DNA from: a virus
Strand: one strand, 5' to 3'
IMG/VR virus record: IMGVR_UViG_3300036851_000176
Coordinates: 64,001 to 128,000 of that record
Length of the DNA: 64,000 bases
Part shown: piece after piece, positions 1 to 9,262 of the stretch
Position numbering within the stretch: the first letter of the stretch is position 1
How the letters are laid out: every line of letters begins with the position of its first letter
Made by a program: the position numbers and the translations under genes
The notes under the pieces: generated by a model
Seen by the model: only the letters and a program-made list of their open reading frames with translations
Told to the model about the DNA's origin: nothing
The model's database searches: none

Positions 1-433
1 TCGTGACCTGTCGGACCTCCCACACCGCGAGTTGGTCCTTCGTCTCGTCGGTGTCCTCGTACTTGTTCGTCTTCTCGTTCTTCTTGCGCACGGGACCGTT
101 GCGCCAGAGGACGTTCGCGTACATCACGAGCTTGCGCTTCGCGACCTCGTAGTCCTCGGCGTTCAGTTCGCAGCCGGGGCACTCGGACCCGATGCGATTC
201 CCGTCCTCGTCCTGATCGAGGCAGATCTCCAGCCTCTTCGGACGCTTCGGCTTCAGCGGCTCCAGTTCGTGGAAGTACGCGGAGTTGGTCAGGATCGTCT
301 CGATGTCTTCGAGAATCCTGATCTGCTCCTCTCCATCCTCGGGGACGCGGAAGAAATTGCCTCCTCCGCCGCTCGCTGCTGCCCTGGCGCGACGCTCTTC
401 CTGAGCACCGCGCAACTTCGCAAGTCCACTCAC
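1..433 (-). CDS. T4 gp32-like ssDNA-binding protein (5' part; runs off window)
   Basis: Not in ORF track. Manual translation from GTG 433 (AAGGAG upstream) gives MSGLAKLRGAQEERRARAAASGGGGNFFRVPEDGEEQIRILED...ICLDQ...CPGCE. It lies next to primase and helicase. Confidence 0.65.
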   Translation of the reverse strand, partial: MSGLAKLRGAQEERRARAAASGGGGNFFRVPEDGEEQIRILEDIETILTNSAYFHELEPLKPKRPKRLEICLDQDEDGNRIGSECPGCELNAEDYEVAKRKLVMYANVLWRNGPVRKKNEKTNKYEDTDETKDQLAVWEVRQVT

Positions 434-477
434 CTTATTCTCCTTCCTTTTCCTGTTTCCTTGGTTTACTGCCACTC

Positions 478-1518
478 CTAGGTGGCCCAAGAATTGTACC
501 ACGAATAAGCCCCGTCAAGCCACTCGGCGACCTCCTCGTCGCTCGCGTCAGCGGGGTCGGAATCGCGCTCGGGAACGATCAGAACTGGCATCACTATCTG
601 GATCATCTCAGCCGCGCGCTCTGCCTTTTCTTCCTCGTCGAAAAGCAAGACAACCTCGTCGGCTACGCGCGACAAAATCGCGACCTGAGCCTTGGACATG
701 AACTGTCCAGACATGCCGAGCACTCGCCGGTGACCGTATTGCTTCATCGCCAGCCTGTTCAATTCGCCCTCGCAAAGGATGACTCGACCAGAGGTTCCCG
801 GGATGTCGTGGATTCCATAGAGGGTCTGAGAAGCATCGAACGTGTCGAAGTTGTACCGGTCCTCCTTGCCTGGCTTGTTGCCGAGGAATCGGTACTTCGG
901 CTTCGCCTCGGGCCACCAAGCGCGCCCCTTGAATCCAATCAAGCGACCCTCTTCATCTCGATACGGGATGCTAATCATCCTGAGGATCGGGTCGAACCCG
1001 ATCTCGGCATCTTCGAGAGTCTGCTTCGTGAAACCACGCTGGAACATGTACATCGACCACTTCGGAGGCGCCGTATCGTCCATAAGCATGGCATCCCACA
1101 CAGCCTCCCAGTCCACCGCGCGATCCTCCTGTTCCTTCTCGTCGATTGGAACGATCGCTCTCTTCTCGGCAGTCACGTCCTGGTTGATGATTTTCTCGTA
1201 GTCGGACCAAAGATCGATCGTGTCGATGAAAGACGTTCCGTAGCGCTCTCTGAGTGCGGCCTTCGCAAGGAAGACGTGGATGCCCTGCACCTTCGACCAG
1301 AATTCGATCGCCGTGCCGGAGTTGCCGCAGACGAAACAGTTGAACGTATACCAGCCATGCTTGTCCGCAGGGCGAAAGGAGTTGTTGCGGTTCCCGCTCC
1401 CCGGCTTGTGACCAGGGAACGGGCACTTGAACCAGACTTCGTCGCCTTCCTTCTCGATCTCGGAGATTCCGAGAAAGTCGAGCATATCGACGATGTCGAT
1501 CTTGACGTTGTCTGCCAC
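478..1518 (-). CDS. DNA primase (Zn finger + TOPRIM)
   Basis: CPFPGH...FNCFVCG zinc finger, IGFKGR, ILCEGE..., LLFDE, DPAD motifs. Confidence 0.9.
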   Translation of the reverse strand: MADNVKIDIVDMLDFLGISEIEKEGDEVWFKCPFPGHKPGSGNRNNSFRPADKHGWYTFNCFVCGNSGTAIEFWSKVQGIHVFLAKAALRERYGTSFIDTIDLWSDYEKIINQDVTAEKRAIVPIDEKEQEDRAVDWEAVWDAMLMDDTAPPKWSMYMFQRGFTKQTLEDAEIGFDPILRMISIPYRDEEGRLIGFKGRAWWPEAKPKYRFLGNKPGKEDRYNFDTFDASQTLYGIHDIPGTSGRVILCEGELNRLAMKQYGHRRVLGMSGQFMSKAQVAILSRVADEVVLLFDEEEKAERAAEMIQIVMPVLIVPERDSDPADASDEEVAEWLDGAYSWYNSWAT

Positions 1519-2912
1519 TAGGAGACGATTTCTCCGGTAACTGCATCCACCGTCTCGTCGCCGACCTGAACGAGTTCACCGCGAGCGGCCGTGCCGAGTT
1601 TGTACGCGGCCTTCTTGTTGTCCGGGTCAGGCGCCGCCTCGGCCTCCGCCAGTTTGGTCGCCTCGCGAGTCTTGCGGATTTGCTCCATCATGTAATTGTC
1701 GGCGAACCGCATCTTCTTCATGTCCCAGTAGACCTCGGTGTCGAGAATCTCTCCGTCGCGGTTCTTGAGCAGTTTCACGTCCATGATGTTCTGATCGCGA
1801 TCCTCGTCCTCCTGATGAAGACCGATCACGATGTCGGCGTCCGCTCCGATCGAATACGATCCGCCGATGTTGTCCATCTGGGCGCCCTCTTTAGCCGACG
1901 ATCGATTCGTCTGACTGATCGCCAGGATTGGGGTTCCGGTCCGGAGAGCGATCTGCTTGAGGGATCGAGTCAGTGTTGTGAGATTCGCCCACCGCTGCTC
2001 GTCTGCTCTGTTGCTGCTCTCCATGAGCGTGAGGTAGTCGATCGCACACACGTCGGGCCTGTGCTTGAGGATCTCTCCGTGGACACGCTCCGAGGTCCAC
2101 GAACCTCCGTCCGAGACGACGATGATCTCTCGCTGAGATGCAGCCTCTTTCGCCTCCTTGGCCCATGCTCGCCAGCGCTTGATCTCCTCGTCAGTGAGGT
2201 TCAGCATCTTCAGGTGACGGTACGACGCGAACTGCTGGAACATCTGATCCCACTTGCGCATCAGAGCTTCGGCGGTCATCTCCAGCGAGATGTAGAGACA
2301 CTTCTTGTCCTGAAGGTAGAAGTTGCTGAGGATCCATTGCACGAGCGTTGACTTACCTGTGCCCTGCCAGCCGACGATGGCGACGAGTTCGTGAGGTTGG
2401 ATGCCGAGAGTGGCGTCGTCGATTTCCGGAATGCCCATCTTGATTCCGATGTAGGCATCTCCGGACGCGGCGCGCTCTTCGAACAGAGCAATGCGTCGTT
2501 CCGCATCGCTGAATCGCGACACCTCTCCGGTTGGGAGGATCTGCTTCAGTTCGCGCCCGTACTCCAACATGAGTTCGCTGAGACGACCGGCATAGGCTGG
2601 ATCGTTCGTTGCAGGTCCGAGGACTTCGCGGACGAATTCGATCGTCATGCGGCGCTCGACTGATTCGACGAACCGGTCCCGGATGTAATCGATCGGCTCG
2701 TCGCTCAACTCGAAGTTGAACTTGACGTTCTCCTGAATGGTCTGGATGGTCGGCTGCTTCGAATACTTCTCGGTGTGCGCGACCATGAAGTCCCAGCACT
2801 CGATGCAATCCTCGTGGATCATGAGGTCGGCGGTGAGTCCATCAGCGAGAAGATCGGACAGGCCCTTGCCCATATGCGCGACCTTGGAAACCAATGCTCG
2901 TTCTGCGTCCAC
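1518..2912 (-). CDS. DnaB-like replicative helicase
   Basis: Walker A GWQGTGKS, ISLEM, IDYLTLM, ISQTNR, ADADIVIGL, KNRDG. Confidence 0.93.
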   Translation of the reverse strand: MDAERALVSKVAHMGKGLSDLLADGLTADLMIHEDCIECWDFMVAHTEKYSKQPTIQTIQENVKFNFELSDEPIDYIRDRFVESVERRMTIEFVREVLGPATNDPAYAGRLSELMLEYGRELKQILPTGEVSRFSDAERRIALFEERAASGDAYIGIKMGIPEIDDATLGIQPHELVAIVGWQGTGKSTLVQWILSNFYLQDKKCLYISLEMTAEALMRKWDQMFQQFASYRHLKMLNLTDEEIKRWRAWAKEAKEAASQREIIVVSDGGSWTSERVHGEILKHRPDVCAIDYLTLMESSNRADEQRWANLTTLTRSLKQIALRTGTPILAISQTNRSSAKEGAQMDNIGGSYSIGADADIVIGLHQEDEDRDQNIMDVKLLKNRDGEILDTEVYWDMKKMRFADNYMMEQIRKTREATKLAEAEAAPDPDNKKAAYKLGTAARGELVQVGDETVDAVTGEIVS

Positions 2913-2942
2913 TTAAACGCTCCTTTCGGTCGGAAGGCTCGA

Positions 2943-2972
2943 CCATAGCGGCGACAGAAATTTACTCACAAG
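2943..2972 (-). promoter_or_regulatory. Putative promoter for helicase/primase
   Basis: TTGTGA-N18-TATGGT. The spacer motif TTTCTGTCGCC is shared with the promoter at ~11071-11098. Confidence 0.5.
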
Positions 2973-3259
2973 TCCTTTTCTGAACTTTCGTGTCAGGTTC
3001 AGGACGCGTGCTCTTGCGTCGCCCACCCCGCTCGCAACGGGCTGGCGCCCTGCGAGCGCGGAGCCGCGACGCCGCACGCCTATCCCGCGCACACGCTCGC
3101 GCGGAAAGAGAGGACCGAAGTACCATCGGCAAGATCTTCAATCCTCCTGGCCCATCGACATCGCTCCCGTCGCACGGGACCAGTAAGCGGCCAGGTGCGA
3201 CGGGAGCGATACGGGCGTGCGCGCGTATAGCAGGAAATTCACGGTCTGCGCAAGTCCTG

Positions 3260-3505
3260 CTATTTCGCCGAGTTTTCGACCATTTCGAGTACGTTCTCCC
3301 GGAAGTATTCCTTCATCCAGGATTCGACCGTCGCCGCGTTTTCCCGAATCCCAGCTGCGATCGTGTCGGGATCATCCTCGACGAAGCGAGTTACGCTTGC
3401 GCCGTAGGTGACGTTCGAGTAGTTCGCCAGACCGACCTTCTCTTCCAAGTGGGTCTGGACCTTCGCGAGCGGTTTCCCGTCCGCTCCTTCTGGCACTTCA
3501 CTCAT
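3260..3505 (-). CDS. hypothetical protein
   Basis: 81 aa ORF with RBS, in operon. Confidence 0.7.
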   Translation of the reverse strand: MSEVPEGADGKPLAKVQTHLEEKVGLANYSNVTYGASVTRFVEDDPDTIAAGIRENAATVESWMKEYFRENVLEMVENSAK

Positions 3506-3740
3506 TGGTATCTCCCTTCAGAAGATGTCTATTTTCTAGGTACCAGATGATCTTGGGATTCTTCAGTTCAAAGTCCTTTAGATCCTGGATCGTGTGCTTT
3601 CGACAGATTCCATAACTGCCCTCCTGCTTCATCGAGACGTTACGACACCAACGACCGATCGAGCGATCGTATCGGCAGCACAGGAGTTTTCCGTTCTTGA
3701 TCTCTCGCCCGATTTTGTCCACCTTTGGCGACTTCTTCAC
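3498..3740 (-). CDS. hypothetical Cys-containing protein
   Basis: 80 aa. GTG start overlaps the TGA of the upstream mini-ORF (GTGA). Confidence 0.6.
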   Translation of the reverse strand: MKKSPKVDKIGREIKNGKLLCCRYDRSIGRWCRNVSMKQEGSYGICRKHTIQDLKDFELKNPKIIWYLENRHLLKGDTNE

Positions 3741-3835
3741 GGCGCTGTCCAGTCGTTTCGGACGAACGCATCATGAGTCACCGGCATGACCTTGCCAAGC
3801 GTGATTGCCGCCGCGTTGGCGTAGCAGCGAATCAT
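3737..3835 (-). pseudogene. Displaced original 3' end of thyX (32 aa mini-ORF)
   Basis: MIRCYANAAAITLGKVMPVTHDAFVRNDWTAP aligns without gaps to the ThyX C-terminus EIRVYANMAERVLERYMPVTWEAFVDNGCIAP. Confidence 0.8.
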
Positions 3836-4290
3836 CGAACGCTCCGATCCCGGCCCTTAGTGTTCAAGGTCTTCAGATCTGACCACAATCTTTCTCGCTC
3901 TGCGTATTGTTCGTCGGACAAGGGACCATACCCGTGCGCGGCTTTCAACTCTACGAACTCTCTCACCACCATCGCCTGCTTTGCTTTGAGAAGAAGATGC
4001 GGCTGAACCACATCCAAGAAGGGAATGATCCTTCGATCGCTGGTTGCCCATGCAAAGGCTGGAGCGTGTTTCGACGAGGCTTGGCGCGCGGTGTTGATTT
4101 TCCAACCGCCAAACTGCTCTTTCCAGATCTCAAGAAGCCACTTTTCCCGAATCGTGATCGATGCTCGGGCCTGAAATGTCCACCCTCGCTTATGCCCGGA
4201 CCCCTTGTGGCGAGCAATGAAAAGAGTCCCTTCTCCATCGAAGAGACCGGCGACATATTTAGGGTCAAGGGGCGATACATCCATTGTCAA
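3832..4290 (-). mobile_element. LAGLIDADG homing endonuclease (single motif)
   Basis: YVAGLFDGEG motif, FLDVVQPHLLLKAKQA, LKTLN C-terminus. Confidence 0.9.
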
Positions 4291-4939
4291 CGAACGCCTC
4301 CCAGGTGACAGGCATATACCTCTCTAGGACTCGTTCGGCCATATTAGCATATACCCTGATCTCATACATGGCCTGCTCTGCGGTACGCAGACTAAGGAAG
4401 TGCATGAGGGAGCGAGGATTGCATGACCAGTAGAACTTCGTGTAGGTGGCGACCGGAAGCACCATGCGCGCCTGTTCCTTGGCAACTCCGCGCTCCAGCA
4501 GGCGCTCATAGGTCGCGAACGAGTTGATGTTCTCTTGCTCCATCTCCCACTGAGAGATCATCGCTTCTTCGCGTTCAATCTCTTCGAACGTATATGCCCC
4601 AGGCTTGCCGGTCTGGACACGAATGTGGTCGGGGATGTAGAACTCAGGCTCGATCACGGAGTAGCGTCCGGACCACTCATTGTACGAATGGCCGACACGA
4701 TGACGGTGCCACTCGCGGGCGACGAAGAGAGGACACTTCACGATGAAGCGGAAGAATCCATGCTCGAATGGAGTCCCATGCCTATTCTTCATCAGGAACC
4801 TGATCAGACCCTCGTCCTTCTCGGTCATCTTGTCGCTTCCCTGATTCAGGCTGACACGAGCCGCGTTTACTACGGCCAGATCGCTCGCGCAGTGAGCGTC
4901 AAGTTCGAGCGATCCATGATCCAGTACGTTGAACTTCAC
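4265..4939 (-). CDS. thyX: FAD-dependent thymidylate synthase
   Basis: VVNAARVS, HGTPFEH, REWHRHRVGHSYNEWSGRY (RHR-x7-S-xRY), EQARMVLP. Start placed at GTG 4939, coupled to the upstream stop. Confidence 0.95.
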   Translation of the reverse strand: MKFNVLDHGSLELDAHCASDLAVVNAARVSLNQGSDKMTEKDEGLIRFLMKNRHGTPFEHGFFRFIVKCPLFVAREWHRHRVGHSYNEWSGRYSVIEPEFYIPDHIRVQTGKPGAYTFEEIEREEAMISQWEMEQENINSFATYERLLERGVAKEQARMVLPVATYTKFYWSCNPRSLMHFLSLRTAEQAMYEIRVYANMAERVLERYMPVTWEAFVDNGCIAP

Positions 4940-5217
4940 AGGGAATCGATCTCCTGAAGATCCTTGTGCAGTTTCCACTGGTCTTCGAGACTCACACCGG
5001 CGAGTTCATGACAGGGACGCGTTCCATATCGATCCACTGGTCCGCACTCTCCATCAGCAGAACGACAACCCTCTGGATTCGCGCGACAACAGCCGATCAG
5101 GAGATCAAACCCCTTCTCAGTCAAATCCTTCAGACCTCGACCTTTCGTGTACTTCGGGTCAGCGTATTGATCCGGGGGACTCTTCACGGTTTCGCTGCGA
5201 ACTTGCCGCCCGCCCAT
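4936..5217 (-). CDS. hypothetical protein
   Basis: ORF in coupled operon; start uncertain. Confidence 0.55.
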   Translation of the reverse strand: MGGRQVRSETVKSPPDQYADPKYTKGRGLKDLTEKGFDLLIGCCRANPEGCRSADGECGPVDRYGTRPCHELAGVSLEDQWKLHKDLQEIDSL

Positions 5218-5317
5218 TGGGCGACACGGTAGGCGATGCGTTCACGCCAGGTGAGATTGCGCACCTTGCCGCCGTGGAAGCAGACGGTCTTTCCGACGCG
5301 CGTTGCGGGACGAGGGT

Positions 5318-5560
5318 TCATTGTGCCTCCGGTTCTGTTGCTCCGGCGAGCCGGAGATTCTTGATCTTGCGGTCGAGGTACCACAGCGCTTTCTCCAGAT
5401 CCTCAACCTCCTGCGCTGGCCCGCCCTTTTTGCCAGCGCGCGAAATGTACTTCACCGTGTTACCTAGGTGGAAGCCCAGACCCCAGTTCTCGATCACCTT
5501 GATCGCTTCGTAGGGATTGTCTCCACCGCCGTAATGGGCGGGGTGTTCGACGGCGCTCAC
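5318..5560 (-). CDS. DUF3310 / T7 gp1.7-like nucleotide kinase domain protein
   Basis: HPAHY..YEAIKVIE..GFHLGNTVKYISRAGKK..EDLEKALWYL. Confidence 0.85.
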   Translation of the reverse strand: MSAVEHPAHYGGGDNPYEAIKVIENWGLGFHLGNTVKYISRAGKKGGPAQEVEDLEKALWYLDRKIKNLRLAGATEPEAQ

Positions 5561-5747
5561 GCAGCCTCCGGCCGAGGTAGCAGGTCGCCGTTCCGGTCGA
5601 TGTCGCCCCAGTCAGCCTGTTCGCGATCTTCCGACTCGAACGAGAGTTGATCCTCGTCACGATCGACATCGATTAGCAGCTGATTCATGATCCTCCTTCC
5701 GCCAGGTCTGCTCTTCAAGAGTTGCGCAGCCTAGCAGTCACAGAACT

Positions 5748-6563
5748 TTACAGAGGGAACTCTGTCAGAACTTTTGGCTCGAAATTTACGACGACCGTGT
5801 GCTCGAACTGAGCGGCTAGAGATCCGTCCATCGTCCAGATGGTCCATCCGTCATCTCCGATCTTCACTTCGGGCGATCCGAGAGTGATGATCGGCTCGAT
5901 CGCGAGTGCCTGTCCCTGGTACAACTTGGCAATCTCGCCCGCGTAAAAGTTCGGGATCTGAGGTTCGTCGTGGTACTTGCTGTTGATCCCATGGCCGCAG
6001 AGTGCGCGGACAATTCCGTATCCTCCCTCCTCAACAACAGTCTCGATCGCTCGCGAAATCTGGCCGACCGTGTTGCCGGGTATGCACCTTGTGATCGCGG
6101 CTCTTAGGGCCAGATTGCAGGTGTAGATGAAGCGCTGGACCTCTGCGGATACGCCGCCGATCGAGAAAGTGAAGGCTGCGTCGGCGTGCATCCCGTCCAC
6201 TGTCACTCCCATGTCGAACGTAAGAACGTCTCCGTCCCTGAGCGACCGCGAGTTCGGGATGCCGTGGGACACCATGTCGTTCGGCATGAAGCACGTTGCG
6301 GCCGGGTATGGCTCATGGATCTCTCCTCGGTGGCGGTAGCCCTTGTTGGTCGGCGTCCCGCCAGCGGTTAGAACGAGGCGCTCTACGCGCTCGTCGAGTT
6401 CGGCTGTGGTGATCCCCGCTTTGGCGTGCTCGCGAACATACCGTGCTGCCTCGGACCAGATAGCGCCAGCCCGCGCTTGAGCCGCTGCGCGACGATCAAT
6501 GGATCCTCGTCGCCGTTCGGCTCTCGCGGCTTCCTTCTTCGCCTGGACAGCAGCTCTACTCAC
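5748..6563 (-). CDS. map: Type I methionine aminopeptidase
   Basis: HGIP, DMG..DGMHADAA, CGHGI..HDEP, AIEP, AAQFEHT metal-ligand motifs. Confidence 0.93.
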   Translation of the reverse strand: MSRAAVQAKKEAARAERRRGSIDRRAAAQARAGAIWSEAARYVREHAKAGITTAELDERVERLVLTAGGTPTNKGYRHRGEIHEPYPAATCFMPNDMVSHGIPNSRSLRDGDVLTFDMGVTVDGMHADAAFTFSIGGVSAEVQRFIYTCNLALRAAITRCIPGNTVGQISRAIETVVEEGGYGIVRALCGHGINSKYHDEPQIPNFYAGEIAKLYQGQALAIEPIITLGSPEVKIGDDGWTIWTMDGSLAAQFEHTVVVNFEPKVLTEFPL

Positions 6564-7005
6564 CTGGAGGAAGCGCTAGTTGTCCCTGTTCGAGCCGAGG
6601 GATCAGGATGTCTCCGACCGTCATGCCGCCCTGCGTTTCGATGAACGAGAGGAAAATGTCCTCGAACTTGATCAGACCGAACTGTGCGGCCTTGATCGTC
6701 CCTTCCAGATAGTGAGCCAGCCCTCGCCACGCCTGGCGCTCTCGCTGCTCCTCAGAGACTCTCCAGCCGCCTCTGGTGCCCCTCTCTGGAGCGAGCGGAC
6801 ATACTTCCAGCCTGACTACCTGCTGTAGGGCACCGTCTACGTTATCGATCGGCCAGATGAATCGGACGCGCATTCGAGGTTCGGGACCCCACTCCTCGTC
6901 AAATTGCACGCCGAGCGCTCCGGCCTGTTTGAGGAACCTCCGGATCTGGTCCTTACTCCGTTCGACGGAGACGGACGTGTCTTCGAATGGCGTGCGAGGG
7001 GCCAC
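6556..7005 (-). CDS. conserved phage hypothetical protein
   Basis: TSVSVERSK..., ERQAWRGL..., FEDIFLSF. Start placed at the GTG coupled to the upstream stop. Confidence 0.7.
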   Translation of the reverse strand: MAPRTPFEDTSVSVERSKDQIRRFLKQAGALGVQFDEEWGPEPRMRVRFIWPIDNVDGALQQVVRLEVCPLAPERGTRGGWRVSEEQRERQAWRGLAHYLEGTIKAAQFGLIKFEDIFLSFIETQGGMTVGDILIPRLEQGQLALPPGE

Positions 7006-7157
7006 TACGTGAACAGGTTGTACGCCAGCACGCCGCCAGCGACGGCTCCGAATGCGTAGAGGAACAGGACGAGCGTGTTGAGCAGTGCAGCGATGCGCCA
7101 CCAGCGCCAATAGCCGGGATCGCTACTGCTTCCGTTGGCTTCGATCAGCCCTCTCAT
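7005..7157 (-). CDS. small membrane protein
   Basis: Manual translation, 50 aa with hydrophobic C-half; overlaps both neighbours. Confidence 0.5.
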   Translation of the reverse strand: MRGLIEANGSSSDPGYWRWWRIAALLNTLVLFLYAFGAVAGGVLAYNLFT

Positions 7158-7390
7158 GATTCCTCCTCTGGGACGTTTAGCGTGTCGCCGGGGACGATGC
7201 GGACGGTGATGACGAGCGGGCGACCCAACTCCTCATACGTCTTGCGGCCGATGTAGACCGTCTTGTCGTGCGCGCTTCCTTCATCGTTCGAGTACCCGAT
7301 GAATTCGTCTTCTTCCAGAGAGATTTCGAGGACCGACTCGGTAGCAGCGAGTCTGCCTTCGGTGTCGATGTCCATTCTGATTGCACTCAT
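7154..7390 (-). CDS. hypothetical protein
   Basis: ATG with GGAGG RBS. Confidence 0.65.
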   Translation of the reverse strand: MSAIRMDIDTEGRLAATESVLEISLEEDEFIGYSNDEGSAHDKTVYIGRKTYEELGRPLVITVRIVPGDTLNVPEEES

Positions 7391-7418
7391 CGTTCCTCCA
7401 GTTGTTCGCGTAGCAAGG

Positions 7419-8072
7419 TCATCTCTTTCGTAGGATCTCCCTAGCCGTGTCTTTCTCTTCGGCCGTGTAAAGAGATGTTCGGACGACGGTGATGTCTCCA
7501 CCGACGTAGTTGTTGAAGGTGATCGCAGCCTGGACGGCCTTGCGCGCGATGGTCTCCGCTTTCGCTTCCGTCACAAGTTCCTGATTCGGATCATCGCCGA
7601 GCCGCTCGTGCAGCACTCCCATCGCGTTCTCCGCTCCGGAGCCGACTGCTTCGTAGGGGAGTCGATGCATGTTGACGGAAAAGTCCGCCTCCACGAGGAA
7701 CAGCGCTCCGCGTACCGCGAGCAAGAACGCCGACTCTCCGAAGCTCTCGACCTGGTTCTCTTCCAAGATGTGCAGGTGACCGTGCATGTGGGTCACGTCG
7801 CGCAAGTAGGGAATGAACTCTCGCACTGCCCAGTATTGCTCGTCCCGGCCCTCGCGAGGCAAGAACGGATCTTCGAGACTGTCGGTCAGGTGGTACGTGA
7901 GGATCTGGCCGAAACGCCCGGAGCCGCAGTATCCGACCGCAAGGGTTTCAAGCAGAGAGTGAACCTTAGGCTGCGTCACGTCCGCCATGCGGTTGTCGTT
8001 GTCCCACGACCACTGTGCGTCAGCGGCGAGAAGGACACCGTTCTTGTGCCTGACTCCGACTACTACCGTCAT
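7419..8072 (-). CDS. Ntn-hydrolase, proteasome beta/HslV-like protease
   Basis: N-terminal M-T-VVVG..LAAD, AVGSGA, VGGDITVV. Confidence 0.85.
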   Translation of the reverse strand: MTVVVGVRHKNGVLLAADAQWSWDNDNRMADVTQPKVHSLLETLAVGYCGSGRFGQILTYHLTDSLEDPFLPREGRDEQYWAVREFIPYLRDVTHMHGHLHILEENQVESFGESAFLLAVRGALFLVEADFSVNMHRLPYEAVGSGAENAMGVLHERLGDDPNQELVTEAKAETIARKAVQAAITFNNYVGGDITVVRTSLYTAEEKDTAREILRKR

Positions 8073-8365
8073 CCGTCCTCGATCTCCTTGATCCCGCCGT
8101 TGTCCGCCTGAAAGATGAAGCGCTCGTCGCTAGTCGGGAAGTTTACCGCCATAGCCTCCTTTGCCCGCTGAATCCAACCCTTCGACTTGACCGGGCGCAC
8201 GACAATCACGGACAGCAGCCTCGTGTCATCCACGTCGTCGGCAGCCACGTTGCCATAGCCGAGTTCGAGCACTTTGTCGCTGATGCCGAGCGAGAGGCGG
8301 GCGATCTCTTCCGGTCCCCAGTCCTCTTCGGGAACGAAGAGATTGACCTCGATAGCCAGGTTCAC
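8069..8365 (-). CDS. hypothetical protein
   Basis: 4-bp overlaps at both ends. Confidence 0.65.
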   Translation of the reverse strand: MNLAIEVNLFVPEEDWGPEEIARLSLGISDKVLELGYGNVAADDVDDTRLLSVIVVRPVKSKGWIQRAKEAMAVNFPTSDERFIFQADNGGIKEIEDG

Positions 8366-8862
8366 TCGATCCCCGTTTTCTCTGCACCGGTGAGAGGGTA
8401 TCGTTTGAGCGCTCGACGCATCAGTTCGTCGAAGACGATGCTGGAATCCGCGTCGAACTTCGCTTTGAGTTCGATCAGTTCGCCGTCGTCCAGTTCTTTC
8501 ACAAGGTCGCCGAGGCGATGGAAGTCGGCGCGGATTCCTGTGTTCGGGATCAACTGGATGGCTCGGTCATCCCAGAGTTGCACCATCTGGTAGTCCTTGC
8601 CGTTCGTGATCTCCAACTCCTGCCCGATGTGCTCGATGCACCATTTGCGGATCACATCAGCTACGACGGCGGCGTCGCGACCTTCCTGCTCGCACACTCG
8701 CGCCGTCAGAATCTTGACCGTGCGTCCTTCTTCCAGCCAACGCTTGACGCGCTCGACCATGCGCGGAATCGGCTCTCCGATGTGGAACTCGTCCACCCAC
8801 TTGTCGTACCTCGCGAGGGTGCCATCGAGGTCTACTCCCCACCAGCCAGGAATCTTGCTCAT
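8362..8862 (-). CDS. HAD-family phosphatase (PNK 3'-phosphatase-like)
   Basis: GVDLDGTLA, ILTAR, LWDDRA. Confidence 0.8.
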   Translation of the reverse strand: MSKIPGWWGVDLDGTLARYDKWVDEFHIGEPIPRMVERVKRWLEEGRTVKILTARVCEQEGRDAAVVADVIRKWCIEHIGQELEITNGKDYQMVQLWDDRAIQLIPNTGIRADFHRLGDLVKELDDGELIELKAKFDADSSIVFDELMRRALKRYPLTGAEKTGIE

Positions 8863-9122
8863 GCGTTCTTGGCGGCGCGCGCCCGCTCGATGTTGGCGCC
8901 GAGGCGCAGGTCATTGGCGATCATCCACTCACGGATGTGCTCGACCAGTTCCTCGGAGTAGCGACGGTCTCCTCGCGAGTTTCGCTGCGGCCGAAGATTC
9001 TCGGGAAGCCGTGGCCCAGATCCAGTGGCGCGCTCCCATTCTCGAAGGCATCGAGGCGTCCGATTGAGCCTTTTCGCCGCCTCGGAGATCGAGAGGAGGT
9101 ACGTTCCCATGGACATCAGCAT
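8859..9122 (-). CDS. MerR-type HTH DNA-binding protein
   Basis: ISEAAKRL..LREWE..RNSRGDRRYS. Confidence 0.8.
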   Translation of the reverse strand: MLMSMGTYLLSISEAAKRLNRTPRCLREWERATGSGPRLPENLRPQRNSRGDRRYSEELVEHIREWMIANDLRLGANIERARAAKNA

Positions 9123-9262
9123 AGCAGAGGGCTATCATGTCAACTACGGATAACCACAAGGCCACTAGTGACGGTGAGGGCTAGTTGTGGAGGCGCCGTG
9201 GGGTGGGAGTACGGGCCATCGTCGCCCGGTCTCGCAGCAGAGGATGGCCTGGTCTGCGAGGA

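Noticed and set aside
3832-4290. Group I intron or intein in thyX
   Set aside because: thyX is complete upstream, there is no space for a ribozyme core, and the endonuclease is out of frame with no intein termini.
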